Assembly (NCBI GenBank): GCA_041685125.1
Contig: JAWLGI010000008.1
Coordinates: 3,415-67,414, forward strand
Direction: 5' to 3'
DNA: 64,000 nucleotides
DNA from: Marivita sp.
GTDB taxonomy: Bacteria > Pseudomonadota > Alphaproteobacteria > Rhodobacterales > Rhodobacteraceae
A program made the translations under genes and the position numbers. Below, one piece after another: positions 48,145-58,583 of this stretch (position 1 is the first letter of the stretch; each line of letters starts with the position of its first letter). Below the pieces are notes generated by a model, which was not told the DNA's origin, did no database searches, and saw only the letters and a program-made list of their open reading frames with translations.

Positions 48145-50337
48145 GTGAAAAAAGCCCTGCAAGACGCCCTTGATGCGCGTGGATATGACACGCTGACCCC
48201 TGTTCAGGAGGCGGTTCTGAACCCCGGATATGTCGGCGCGGACCTTCTGGTGTCCGCCCAGACCGGATCGGGCAAGACGCTGGGGTTCGGCCTTGCCATC
48301 GCGCCGACCATCATGGAGGGCGAAGCCTTTGGCCCGGCAGGCGCGCCGGTGGCTTTGGTGATCGCACCGACCCGCGAACTGGCCTTGCAGGTGAAGCGCG
48401 AATTGGCGTGGCTTTATGCGCAGGCGGGGGTCGTCATGGCCTCGACCGTGGGCGGCATGGACATGCGCGACGAACGCCGCGCGCTTGAACGGGGTGCGCA
48501 TATCGTCGTCGCCACGCCAGGGCGCTTGCGCGATCACATCATGCGCGGCTCCATCGACCTGAGCGAATGTCGCGCCGTGATACTGGACGAAGCGGACGAG
48601 ATGCTGGACCTCGGCTTTCGTGAAGACCTCGAGTACATTTTGGGACAGGCTCCCGAGGAGCGGCAGACGCTCATGTTCTCTGCCACCGTGCCAAAGATGA
48701 TCGCGACGCTGGCCAAAAGCTATCAGCGTGATGCGATCCGGGTGGTAACGAAATCGGACACAAGCCAACACGCCGATATCGCCTACCGCGCCATGCAGGT
48801 GAACGACCGCGACACCGACAACGCGGTGATCAACACGCTGCGGTTCTACGAATCTCCCAACGCCATCGTTTTTGCCAACACGCGGGCCATGGTGAACCGG
48901 CTGACCACACGCCTGTCGAACCGGGGCTTTCAAGTCGTGGCTCTGTCGGGCGAACTGTCGCAGACCGAACGCACCCACGCGCTGCAAGCGATGCGCGACG
49001 GGCGCGCGCAGGTCTGCGTTGCCACGGACGTGGCCGCGCGCGGTATCGACCTGCCGAATCTCGATCTGGTGGTGCATGCCGAATTGCCGTCGAACCACGA
49101 AACCCTGCTGCACCGGTCCGGCCGGACCGGCCGCGCCGGGCGCAAGGGGGTGTCCGCGCTGATCGTCACGCCGAAAGTGCGCAAGAAGGCAGAGCGCATT
49201 CTTGCCATGGCCAAGCTGAAATCCGATTGGGGCGTAGCGCCCTCCGCGGACGAAGTTCTGGCGCGCGACGAAGACCGGATGTTCGCCGATCCCGCGTGGG
49301 ACACGCCCGTGGGCGAATCCGAGGACTCGGTCGTGACCCGTCTGGTGGCAGAAAAGACGCCCGAGCAGATCGCCGCGGCCTATCTGCGCCTGTTCCGCGA
49401 ACAGCATACCCCGCCCGAGGAACTGTCCGATCCCAGCGCCAAGCCGGAAAAACGGCAGGAATTCGGCGCCAGCGTCTGGTTCGCGGTGTCTGGTGGTCGT
49501 GCGGCCGAGGCCGAACCCCGCCGCATCCTGCCGATGATTTGCGGTGCCGGCGATCTGAGCAAGGATGATATCGGCGCGATTCGCATCCAGCAGGATCATT
49601 CGCTGGTGCAAATACGGGAAACCGCGGTGGCGCGGCTCCTGAATGCTGTTGGACCCGAGATGGCGTTGGAAAAGGGCGTAACGCTCACCCGCCTCGACAA
49701 GGCCCCTGACTTTGATCGCGGCGCGAAGCCCGGTGGTAAAGGTGGCCCGCGCCCCGAGCGCAAGCCTTATGGCGACGGCCCGAAACCTGCGCGGAAATCC
49801 GACCACGACCGGCCCAAATCGCAAGCTGCGACGCCCGCACGGGACGACGCGCCGGCCGCGCCGAAATCTGCGCCGAAATCCGCCGCCCCCATCGACTGGA
49901 ATGACGAGCCGACCCCGCGTGTGCGCAAACCGAAACCGGCTGACCGCAAGAGCCCAAAACCTGCGGCAAAACCCTCCGCAAAGGCCGATGGTCCAGCCCA
50001 ACACGCGCGCAAGCCGTATCAAGGCAAATCCGGCCCTCCTGCGCAGGACCGTAAACCCTATGGCGACACGTCCGGAGGCGACCGCCCGCCGCGTCGGTCC
50101 GAAAGCGAGTTCCAGGCCCAGCCCTACAAGGGCAAAGGCGGCAAGCCCAAAGGCCCGCCCCCGCCCGAGGGCAAACCGGACAGCAAAAAGAACATCGCCC
50201 GCGCCAAGGCCAGCGACCCGTCGCAAAGCATGCGCAAGCCCCGTGCCGGAGCAGGGAAACCAGCAGGCAAGTTCGGTGGGAAACCGGGCGGCAAGCCGGC
50301 TGGGAAATTCGGGGAAAAGCCCGGCGGGAAACGGTGA
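48145..50337 (+). CDS. DEAD-box RNA helicase with DbpA-type RNA-binding domain and long basic tail
   Basis: QTGSGKT, PTRELA, DEAD, SAT, ARGID, HRSGRTGR; GTG start inferred. Confidence 0.93.
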   Translation: MKKALQDALDARGYDTLTPVQEAVLNPGYVGADLLVSAQTGSGKTLGFGLAIAPTIMEGEAFGPAGAPVALVIAPTRELALQVKRELAWLYAQAGVVMASTVGGMDMRDERRALERGAHIVVATPGRLRDHIMRGSIDLSECRAVILDEADEMLDLGFREDLEYILGQAPEERQTLMFSATVPKMIATLAKSYQRDAIRVVTKSDTSQHADIAYRAMQVNDRDTDNAVINTLRFYESPNAIVFANTRAMVNRLTTRLSNRGFQVVALSGELSQTERTHALQAMRDGRAQVCVATDVAARGIDLPNLDLVVHAELPSNHETLLHRSGRTGRAGRKGVSALIVTPKVRKKAERILAMAKLKSDWGVAPSADEVLARDEDRMFADPAWDTPVGESEDSVVTRLVAEKTPEQIAAAYLRLFREQHTPPEELSDPSAKPEKRQEFGASVWFAVSGGRAAEAEPRRILPMICGAGDLSKDDIGAIRIQQDHSLVQIRETAVARLLNAVGPEMALEKGVTLTRLDKAPDFDRGAKPGGKGGPRPERKPYGDGPKPARKSDHDRPKSQAATPARDDAPAAPKSAPKSAAPIDWNDEPTPRVRKPKPADRKSPKPAAKPSAKADGPAQHARKPYQGKSGPPAQDRKPYGDTSGGDRPPRRSESEFQAQPYKGKGGKPKGPPPPEGKPDSKKNIARAKASDPSQSMRKPRAGAGKPAGKFGGKPGGKPAGKFGEKPGGKR

Positions 50338-50347
50338 TGCGATGACG

Positions 50348-50421
50348 GGGTGCGTGTGAACGCGCACCCTAGAATATGTTCAGCCCGGTAGCGTGCAGGC
50401 CTGCACGCACTGCACGTGCAC
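50348..50421. repeat. REP-like hairpin cluster between convergent helicase and ispH
   Basis: GGGTGCG../..CGCACCC hairpin; GTA followed by perfect palindrome GCGTGCAGGCCTGCACGC (50391-50408). Confidence 0.5.
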
Positions 50422-50423
50422 TC

Positions 50424-51374
50424 TTACGCCGGAACCCTCAGCACACGTGGAACCTTGAATTCCACGTCTTCGACCGCTGTCTCCACCTGTTCCACCGTCA
50501 CCTCGAACCTGTCGCGGAACGCCTCGATCACCTCGTTGATCAGCTCTTCCGGGGCCGAGGCGCCCGCGGTGATGCCGATGCTGCCGATCCCTTCGAGCGC
50601 GCGCCAGTCAATGTCCGGGGCGCGCTGAACCAGTTGCGCATAGCGGCACCCCGCCTTGCGGCCCACCTCGACCAACCGCTTGGAGTTCGATGAATTGGGC
50701 GCGCCGACGACCAGCATGGCGTCGCAGTCAGGCGCCATTGCCTTCACGGCCTCTTGGCGGTTGGTGGTCGCGTAGCAGATGTCTTCCTTATGCGGGCCGA
50801 CGATCTTGGGAAACCGGTCTTTCAGCGCCGCAACGATGTCGATCGTATCGTCCACACTGAGCGTCGTCTGGGTCACGAAGGCCAGTTTGGCCGGATCACG
50901 CACCGTGACCTTGGCCACATCGTCGACCGTTTCAACCAGGAGCACCTCGCCTTCGGGCAATTGTCCCATCGTTCCAACGGTCTCGGGATGGCCCTCGTGA
51001 CCGATCATGATCATCTGAAGGCCATTTTCGTGGTGCCGTGTCGCTTCGATGTGGACCTTGCTGACCAGAGGACAGGTCGCATCGACATAGATCATCTCGC
51101 GCTTGGCGGCCTCGGCGGGTACGGCCTTGGGCACGCCATGCGCGGAAAAGATCACCGGGCGGTCGTCGGGGCATTCGTCAAGTTCCTCGACAAAGACCGC
51201 GCCCTTGTCGCGCAGACTGTCGACGACAAACTTGTTGTGCACGATCTCGTGCCGCACATAGACAGGGGCGCCCCATTTCTCGAGCGCCATTTCAACGATC
51301 TTGATTGCGCGGTCCACACCGGCGCAGAACCCGCGCGGCGCGGCGAGGTACAGTTTCAGGGGTGGTTTGGTCAT
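50424..51374 (-). CDS. ispH: 4-hydroxy-3-methylbut-2-enyl diphosphate reductase
   Basis: [33 protein letters not shown]. Confidence 0.99.
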   Translation of the reverse strand: MTKPPLKLYLAAPRGFCAGVDRAIKIVEMALEKWGAPVYVRHEIVHNKFVVDSLRDKGAVFVEELDECPDDRPVIFSAHGVPKAVPAEAAKREMIYVDATCPLVSKVHIEATRHHENGLQMIMIGHEGHPETVGTMGQLPEGEVLLVETVDDVAKVTVRDPAKLAFVTQTTLSVDDTIDIVAALKDRFPKIVGPHKEDICYATTNRQEAVKAMAPDCDAMLVVGAPNSSNSKRLVEVGRKAGCRYAQLVQRAPDIDWRALEGIGSIGITAGASAPEELINEVIEAFRDRFEVTVEQVETAVEDVEFKVPRVLRVPA

Positions 51375-51525
51375 GCAGGCCTCCGTCTTGCCCCGAACCT
51401 AAAGCCTCTGGCGGCATGGTTCCAGTCTTGAAGCACATCGCGATTGCGGCGAACTGGCCTATCCTGCGCGCTGCCCCGGTGAATTCGCAGTTGCAACGTC
51501 TGCGCGAGGGGGGCATTGCGTTGGG

Positions 51526-52779
51526 ATGCGCCTCACTGAATATCTCCGCGACAACGCGCCGTTCCTGACAGCGGGGGCGATGCTCACGTTCCTGTCGTCA
51601 TTCGGGCAGACCTATTTCATTTCCCTGTTTGCAGGCGAAGTGCGGCTTGCCTTCGATCTGAGCCATGGTGCGTGGGGCGGCATCTACATGATCGGAACGA
51701 TGGCCTCGGCCGCGCTGATGGTCTGGGCCGGCGGGCTGACCGACATCTTTCGGGTCCGTATCCTTGCACCGATCGTGCTGATCGGGCTGGCCTTGGCGAG
51801 CCTTGCAATGGCCGTCAACCCGTGGGTCTGGGCCTTGCCGTTCATCGTCTTTGCGTTGCGTTTTTTCGGGCAAGGCATGTGTTCACATATCGCCGTGATC
51901 GCGATGGCCCGCTGGTTCGTGGCAACAAGGGGACGGGCGCTGTCCATCGCGTCATTGGGCTTTGCCACCGGTGAGGCTCTGGTTCCAATGGCTGTCGTCG
52001 CGGCGATGACGGTGATGGCGTGGCAAAATCTTTGGGTGATGGCGGCGGGTGTTTGCATCCTCATGATCCCGATCCTCAACCGTCTGCTGAGGCAGGAACG
52101 CACCCCGGCCTCGCACGCGGAAACCGATGTATCGGTGGGCATGCGCGGACACCACTGGCGGCGGTTGCAGGCGCTGCGTCATCCGCTGTTCTGGTGCATG
52201 GTTCCGGCTGTCTTGGGACCGGCCGCGTTCAACACGGCGTTCTTCTTTCACCAGGTGCACATTTCCGAGGTGAAGGGGGTGGAACATCTGGTCTTTGTCA
52301 GTTTCTTCCCGCTCTACACAGCCATCGGCATCACGGCGATGGTGGCCTCGGGCTGGGCGTTGGACCGGCTGGGCACGGCGCGGCTGACCCCGTATTACCA
52401 ATTGCCCATGGTCATTGCCTTCTTGATATTCGCCACGACACAAAGCCCGGTCGGCTTGGCGCTCGGGTTCGTTTTCCTTGGTCTGACTTCGGGCGCGAAT
52501 ACAACCTTGCCCAATGCGTTCTGGGCGGAGTTCTACGGCACAGCCCATATCGGGTCGATCAAATCCATGGCGACAGCCGTCATGGTGCTCGGGTCTGCCA
52601 TCGGTCCGGGACTGACCGGCGCGCTGATCGATTTTGGCATCGGGATCGAGACGCAGTTTTTCGGGGTTGCCGGATACTTCCTTCTCACGACGCTGATCAT
52701 GTTCTTCGGCATCACCCGTGCCGCTCGGGACGTCCCGCCCGGCCAGACCGTGGCAGATGTCAAAACGCCGCGGACGTGA
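51526..52779 (+). CDS. MFS transporter
   Basis: 12 TM helices; SSFGQT, RWFVATRGRA. Confidence 0.88.
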   Translation: MRLTEYLRDNAPFLTAGAMLTFLSSFGQTYFISLFAGEVRLAFDLSHGAWGGIYMIGTMASAALMVWAGGLTDIFRVRILAPIVLIGLALASLAMAVNPWVWALPFIVFALRFFGQGMCSHIAVIAMARWFVATRGRALSIASLGFATGEALVPMAVVAAMTVMAWQNLWVMAAGVCILMIPILNRLLRQERTPASHAETDVSVGMRGHHWRRLQALRHPLFWCMVPAVLGPAAFNTAFFFHQVHISEVKGVEHLVFVSFFPLYTAIGITAMVASGWALDRLGTARLTPYYQLPMVIAFLIFATTQSPVGLALGFVFLGLTSGANTTLPNAFWAEFYGTAHIGSIKSMATAVMVLGSAIGPGLTGALIDFGIGIETQFFGVAGYFLLTTLIMFFGITRAARDVPPGQTVADVKTPRT

Positions 52780-53197
52780 TCAAGGCGACGACGATATAGC
52801 GGATCGTCTTGGCAATTCCCACCAACAGAAAGAACAGCCAGACATTGGTCCGCATCACACCGGCCACGACGGTAAGGCCGTCCCCCAAAGGCGCCCAGCT
52901 TAACAGCAGGGTCCAGACACCCCATTTCAGATACCACTGCCGTGCGCGCTCCAGCTGCGCTTCGGTCACCGGAAACCACCGGCGTCCGTGATAGCGCTCG
53001 ATCACCCGGCCCATCACATAATTCAGGCCTGAGCCGAGGATGTTCCCGACACTGGCAAAGGCGACGATCCAGGCAATGTGGATGTCGCCGCGCAGTTGCA
53101 GCGCGACGAACACAAGCTCGGATTGAAACGGCAGAATGGTCGCAGCGCCAAAAGCCACGAGGAACAACCCGACCAGAGCGAGAAGGTCACTCCACAT
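52760..53197 (-). CDS. YqaA family (DedA/VTT) membrane protein
   Basis: AATILPFQSE, GNILGS, LLSWAPLGD, AKTIRY. Confidence 0.9.
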   Translation of the reverse strand: MWSDLLALVGLFLVAFGAATILPFQSELVFVALQLRGDIHIAWIVAFASVGNILGSGLNYVMGRVIERYHGRRWFPVTEAQLERARQWYLKWGVWTLLLSWAPLGDGLTVVAGVMRTNVWLFFLLVGIAKTIRYIVVALITSAAF

Positions 53198-53221
53198 GAG
53201 CCATCTTGCGCCGCGTCACTG

Positions 53222-53794
53222 TCACTCCTGATCGGCCGAGACCGGTTCACGGTCCGATACCGCGTCGCGCGGGGGACGACCGATCACGTCTCGCAATTCG
53301 GAAAGTTCGATGAAGTTGTCGGCCTGCCGGCGCAGTTCGTCGGCAATCATCGGGGGCTGGCTGCGGATCGTCGAGACCACCGAGACCCGAACGCCCCGGC
53401 GCTGCAGGCTTTCCACCAGCGGCCGGAAATCGCCGTCACCGGAGAACAGCACGATGTGATCGACATGCTCGCACAAGTCCATGGCATCGACCGTCAGTTC
53501 GATATCCATGTTGCCCTTGACCTTCCGGCGACCCTGGCTGTCGGTATACTCCTTGGCCGGTTTCGTCCGCATGTTGAAACCATTGTAATGAAGCCAGTCC
53601 ACCAGCGGGCGGATCGGCGAATACTCGTCATTCTCCAACAAGGCGGTGTAGTAGAACGCGCGCAAGAGCTTGCCACGACGCACGAACTCCTGGCGCAGCA
53701 GTTTGTAGTCGATGTCAAACCCAAGTGATTTTGCGGCTGCGTAAAGATTGGAGCCGTCAATGAACAGCGCCAAACGCTCGTCTTTGTAGAACAT
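53222..53794 (-). CDS. NYN domain (LabA/DUF88) protein
   Basis: FIDGSNLY, KGNMDIEL, SGDGDF. Confidence 0.93.
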   Translation of the reverse strand: MFYKDERLALFIDGSNLYAAAKSLGFDIDYKLLRQEFVRRGKLLRAFYYTALLENDEYSPIRPLVDWLHYNGFNMRTKPAKEYTDSQGRRKVKGNMDIELTVDAMDLCEHVDHIVLFSGDGDFRPLVESLQRRGVRVSVVSTIRSQPPMIADELRRQADNFIELSELRDVIGRPPRDAVSDREPVSADQE

Positions 53795-53949
53795 GAACTG
53801 AGCCTTCCTTAAAATAATCGGGCGGCCAAACGAACTTTCGGGAGTGGTTGGTCCGAAGCTTTACTGCAGGGCCGCGCCGTGTGAATTAATGATTTTACGT
53901 AGTGCCGCAAGGTGCATTATCTCTGCAGCTGCCCAAGTATGACAGTAAT

Positions 53950-54513
53950 ATGAACGATTTTTACATAGCCCTGGGGGCAAATCTGCTCTCCAGCACTGCG
54001 TCGCCGACGGCGTCCATTCGTGCGGCGGTGTCCCGCCTGGACCAGCCGGATATCCGCGTCGAAGGCGTAAGCGCCCTGTATCAAACACCTTGTTTCCCGG
54101 CCGGCGCCGGGCCGGACTACGTGAACGCCGCGGCGCACTTGACCTCGGCCCTTGATCCGGACGCGTTGTTGGCACGGCTGCATGAATTCGAGGCGGAATT
54201 CGGCCGGGAGCGAAAAGAACGTTGGGCAAGCCGGACGCTCGACCTTGATCTGATCGCGTGCGGCAACCGGATCTTGCCGGATCGCGACACATACGAACAC
54301 TGGCGCTGCATGCCCCTTTCAGACCAGAAAACCAAGAGCCCGTCGCAACTGATCCTGCCGCACCCACGCGTGCAGGATCGTGCGTTTGTCCTTGTGCCGC
54401 TCAGGGATATTGCGGCAGACTGGGTACATCCCGTGCTCAATCGTTCCGTCACGGATATGTGCAACGCTCTCTCGCCCGGAAAATTGGACGAGATTGTTCG
54501 GATCGAACACTGA
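53950..54513 (+). CDS. folK: 2-amino-4-hydroxy-6-hydroxymethyldihydropteridine diphosphokinase
   Basis: YIALGANL, YVNAA, RTLDLDL, LPHPR..RAFVLVPL; start may be GTG 53902. Confidence 0.93.
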   Translation: MNDFYIALGANLLSSTASPTASIRAAVSRLDQPDIRVEGVSALYQTPCFPAGAGPDYVNAAAHLTSALDPDALLARLHEFEAEFGRERKERWASRTLDLDLIACGNRILPDRDTYEHWRCMPLSDQKTKSPSQLILPHPRVQDRAFVLVPLRDIAADWVHPVLNRSVTDMCNALSPGKLDEIVRIEH

Positions 54514-54587
54514 TATCGACTTGTAATCGCGGTTAGCGAGCGATATGTGCTGTGACTTCAAATGCTATTCAGCGAAGTGGAGTTTCC

Positions 54588-54941
54588 ATGGCCCGCGTAA
54601 CGGTTGAAGATTGCGTCGACAAAGTTCCCAATCGATTCGAGCTGGTGATGCTCGCTGCGCATCGCGCCCGCGAAGTGACGGCCGGGGCTGCTGTGACGGT
54701 GGATCGGGACAACGACAAGAACCCTGTTGTTGCGCTGCGCGAAATCGCTGACGAAACCCAGTCGGCCGATGAACTTCGCGAACGTCTGATCGAGTCGAAT
54801 CAGACACAGATCGAAGTCGATGAACCGGAAGAAGATGCCATGGCGCTTCTGATGGGCGCGGAACCCGACAAGCCCGCGGAAGACGACCTTTCCGAGGAAA
54901 AACTGCTCCGCGCGCTGATGGAGGCGCAAGGCCAGAGCTAA
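54588..54941 (+). CDS. rpoZ: RNA polymerase omega subunit
   Basis: [27 protein letters not shown]. Confidence 0.98.
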   Translation: MARVTVEDCVDKVPNRFELVMLAAHRAREVTAGAAVTVDRDNDKNPVVALREIADETQSADELRERLIESNQTQIEVDEPEEDAMALLMGAEPDKPAEDDLSEEKLLRALMEAQGQS

Positions 54942-54980
54942 GGTCTGCCGCAACGCGGGCCGCATGTGAATGAGGCACCG

Positions 54981-57119
54981 ATGATTGCCGCTGACGACCT
55001 TGTTGCGCTGGTGCGCAACTACAATCCACGCACGAACGAGGCGCTGATCCGCGCGGCCTACGCGTATGGCCAAGAGATGCATGAGGGTCAGTTTCGCCAT
55101 TCGGGTGAGCCCTATTTCTCGCATCCGGTCGCCGTTGCCGCGATCCTGACCGAACAGCAGCTTGATGATGCCACGATCATCACGGCGCTGTTGCACGACA
55201 CGATCGAAGACACGAAATCCACCTATTCCGAAACCGCAACGCGGTTCGGGGATGAGGTGGCGATGCTGGTCGACGGCGTCACCAAGCTCACCAACCTGCA
55301 ACTGTCGAGTTCCGAGACCAAGCAGGCCGAGAATTTCCGCAAGCTCTTCATGGCCATGTCCAAGGATTTGCGGGTGATCCTGGTAAAGCTGGCCGACCGT
55401 CTGCACAACATGCGCACGATCAAGGCGATGAAGCAGGAAAAACAGGTCCAGAAAGCGCGCGAGACGATGGACATCTACGCACCGCTTGCAGGCCGCATGG
55501 GCATGCAATGGATGCGGGACGAACTGGAAGACCTTGCCTTTCGCGTCCTCAACCCCGAAGGCCGCGCGAGCATCATTCGCCGCTTTATCACGCTCCAGAA
55601 AGAAACCGGAGACGTGATCCATCGGATCACGGGTGACATGCGTTCGGAGCTGGAAAAAGCCGGCGTCGATGCCGAGGTGTTCGGGCGCGCCAAGAAGCCC
55701 TATTCGATCTGGCGCAAAATGCAGGAAAAGGAGATCGGCTTTTCCCGCCTCTCGGATATCTACGGCTTCCGCATCATCACCCGCTCCAAAGCCGACTGCT
55801 ACGCAACGCTGGGCGTGATCCACCAGCGCTGGCGCGCCATTCCCGGGCGTTTCAAGGATTACATCTCCGAACCGAAACAAAACGGATACCGGTCAATCCA
55901 TACCACCGTTTCGGGTCGCGATGGCAAACGGGTCGAGGTCCAGATCCGGACGCGGCAAATGCACGACGTCGCCGAAACCGGCGTGGCCGCGCATTGGTCT
56001 TACCGCGACGGGGTGCGCAGCGAAAACCCGTTTGCCGTCGACCCGGCCAAATGGGTCGCCTCGCTGACCGAGCAGTTTGACGGAGAGGACGACCACGACG
56101 AATTCCTCGAAGCGGTAAAGCTCGAGATGTATCCCGATAAGGTGTTTTGCTTCACCCCGAAAGGGGATGTGGTCAAGCTGCCGCGCGGGGCCACTCCGCT
56201 CGATTTCGCCTATGCCATTCACACCCGGATCGGCTCTGCCTGTGTCGGCGCCAAGGTCGATGGCATCCGCGTGCCGCTCTGGACGCGTTTGAAAAACGGG
56301 CAATCGGTGGACATCGTGACCGCCGAAGGCCAAAGCCCGCAGGCGACATGGCTCGATATTGCAACCACCGGCAAGGCGAAATCTGCCATCCGGCGTGCCC
56401 TGCGCGAGGCGGGGCGGGAACGCTTTGCCCAGTTGGGCCGCGAACTGGCACGCTCCGCGTTCGAGCATGTTGGCAAGAAAGCCAGCGACAAGGTGCTTGA
56501 AATGGCGGCACGGAACCTTCGGATTTCCGATGCGCAGGAACTGCTGGCCCGGCTTGGCAGTGCGGAAATGTCGGCTCGCGAAGTCGTCGCGGCCGTTTAT
56601 CCGGACCTTGCACCCGAGCCGACGGACTTCGTCGAAACGCAAAGTGCGGTGATCGGTCTGAACCAGGGACAGGCGTTCGACCGTGCTCCTTGCTGCCAGC
56701 CGCTGCCCGGCGAGCGTATTGTCGGCATCGTGCATCGCGGCAAGGGGGTGGTGGTGCACGGTATTGATTGCGGCGCGCTCGAAGGCGTCGAGGACCAGCC
56801 GTCGCGCTGGCTCGATTTGCATTGGGCCACCGGGAACCATCCCGCCGTCTACACGGTTTCCCTGGAACTGACGATCGGCAATGACGCGGGCGTGCTGGGG
56901 CGCATTTGCACATTGATTGGCGAACAGAAGGCCAATATTTCGGATTTGAACTTTGTGGATCGCAAACCGGATTTTTACAGACTGCTACTGGATGTCGAAC
57001 TGAGCGACGCCAACCACCTGCACTCGGTCATGTCAGCGCTCGAGGCGGAAAGCGATGTCGCCTCTGTCGTCCGACGGCGAGATCCCGCATTGTCGATGCA
57101 AGCGGCCGCGGCCGAATAG
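54981..57119 (+). CDS. spoT: RelA/SpoT (p)ppGpp synthetase/hydrolase
   Basis: HD motif LLHDTIED, KLADRLHNMRT, YRSIH, EVQIRT, TGS and ACT domains. Confidence 0.97.
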   Translation: MIAADDLVALVRNYNPRTNEALIRAAYAYGQEMHEGQFRHSGEPYFSHPVAVAAILTEQQLDDATIITALLHDTIEDTKSTYSETATRFGDEVAMLVDGVTKLTNLQLSSSETKQAENFRKLFMAMSKDLRVILVKLADRLHNMRTIKAMKQEKQVQKARETMDIYAPLAGRMGMQWMRDELEDLAFRVLNPEGRASIIRRFITLQKETGDVIHRITGDMRSELEKAGVDAEVFGRAKKPYSIWRKMQEKEIGFSRLSDIYGFRIITRSKADCYATLGVIHQRWRAIPGRFKDYISEPKQNGYRSIHTTVSGRDGKRVEVQIRTRQMHDVAETGVAAHWSYRDGVRSENPFAVDPAKWVASLTEQFDGEDDHDEFLEAVKLEMYPDKVFCFTPKGDVVKLPRGATPLDFAYAIHTRIGSACVGAKVDGIRVPLWTRLKNGQSVDIVTAEGQSPQATWLDIATTGKAKSAIRRALREAGRERFAQLGRELARSAFEHVGKKASDKVLEMAARNLRISDAQELLARLGSAEMSAREVVAAVYPDLAPEPTDFVETQSAVIGLNQGQAFDRAPCCQPLPGERIVGIVHRGKGVVVHGIDCGALEGVEDQPSRWLDLHWATGNHPAVYTVSLELTIGNDAGVLGRICTLIGEQKANISDLNFVDRKPDFYRLLLDVELSDANHLHSVMSALEAESDVASVVRRRDPALSMQAAAAE

Positions 57120-57138
57120 TAGATCGAAGGGATTCGCG

Positions 57139-57795
57139 TTGGTGTTCAAACGGCGGGACAGGCGGTCAATCTGGGCCACCCTCCGCGAGGCATTGTGGCC
57201 ACGTGGCGGGTGGGGCCGCGCGGCGCGATATGTCCAGCACCGGCTCAACCGATTGCCCGACCCGCCCGAAACGATTGCGCGCGGCATCTTTGCGGGCGTG
57301 CTCACCACATTCACTCCGTTTTACGGCCTGCACTTCGTCTTTGCGGGAATTCTTGCCTGGATCATGCGCGGGAACATCGTTGCCGCGCTGCTGGCCACCT
57401 TCTTTGGCAATCCACTGACCTATGTTCCGATCAGCATCGTGTCACTGCAAACCGGATACTGGCTGCTGGATCTGGGAGAACCGGCACACGAACATGGCAG
57501 CATCGGCTATAAATTCGCCAAGGCAGGTGAGGATCTTTGGCGCAATTGCGTGGCGCTCTTTACGCAGTCGGATCCCGATTGGACCGCACTGACGATCTTT
57601 TACCGAGAAGTGTTCTTTCCATGGATGGTGGGCGGTATCCTGCCGGGGATCATCTGCGGGCTGATCTGCTATTACATCTCGGTGCCGCTGATCCGCGCCT
57701 ACCAGAACCGCCGCAAGAAAGGTGTTCTCAAGGCGAAACTTGCATCACTGAAGAAAAAGAAGAAACAGGCTGACGACACACGGTCTGCAGACTAG
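57139..57795 (+). CDS. DUF2062 domain membrane protein
   Basis: [25 protein letters not shown]; typical position after rsh. Confidence 0.85.
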   Translation: MVFKRRDRRSIWATLREALWPRGGWGRAARYVQHRLNRLPDPPETIARGIFAGVLTTFTPFYGLHFVFAGILAWIMRGNIVAALLATFFGNPLTYVPISIVSLQTGYWLLDLGEPAHEHGSIGYKFAKAGEDLWRNCVALFTQSDPDWTALTIFYREVFFPWMVGGILPGIICGLICYYISVPLIRAYQNRRKKGVLKAKLASLKKKKKQADDTRSAD

Positions 57796-57820
57796 GTTCT
57801 GCGTGGACATGGAGGCGACT

Positions 57821-58573
57821 ATGACGAACAACGCAGGCCGCGCAAGGCTGGGTGTGAATATCGACCACGTGGCAACGCTTCGCAACGCGCGCGGCGGAGG
57901 GCTTCCCGATCCGGTGCGCGCAGCACAGCTGGCGGAAGAGGCCGGGGCCGACGGGATCACGGCCCATTTGCGCGAGGACCGCCGGCATATCATCGACAGC
58001 GATATCGACCGCCTTATGGAAACGCTGACGGTGCCGCTCAACTTCGAAATGGCCGCCACGGACGAAATGCAGAAGATCGCGCTGCGCCACACACCGCATG
58101 CGGTGTGTCTTGTGCCCGAAAAGCGCGAAGAACGGACAACCGAAGGCGGGCTGGAAGTTGCCCGCGAGGAAAACAAGCTGGCGCACTATATCGCTCCGCT
58201 GCGCGAGGCCGGGTGCCGTGTATCGATCTTCATCGCGGCTGACGCGCGCCAGATCGCGGCCGCCCACCGCATCGGGGCCGAGGTGATCGAACTGCACACC
58301 GGTGCGTATTGCGACGCCCATGCCGAGGGCCGGAACGACGATCGCGACCGAGAACTCGAGATGATCCGCGAAATGTCGGCCTATGCCCATTCGCTCGGGC
58401 TCGAGGTGCATGCCGGGCACGGCTTGAATTACGACACGGTCACGCCTGTCGCCGCTCTCCCGGAAGTGATGGAGCTCAACATCGGTCATTTCCTGATTGG
58501 CGAATCCGTTTTCCGCGGGCTTGGTCCCGCCATAGCTGAAATGCGCCGCCTGATGGACGCGGCACGCGCGTGA
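57821..58573 (+). CDS. pdxJ: Pyridoxine 5'-phosphate synthase
   Basis: [34 protein letters not shown]. Confidence 0.98.
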   Translation: MTNNAGRARLGVNIDHVATLRNARGGGLPDPVRAAQLAEEAGADGITAHLREDRRHIIDSDIDRLMETLTVPLNFEMAATDEMQKIALRHTPHAVCLVPEKREERTTEGGLEVAREENKLAHYIAPLREAGCRVSIFIAADARQIAAAHRIGAEVIELHTGAYCDAHAEGRNDDRDRELEMIREMSAYAHSLGLEVHAGHGLNYDTVTPVAALPEVMELNIGHFLIGESVFRGLGPAIAEMRRLMDAARA

Positions 58574-58583
58574 AAGAGGCGCC

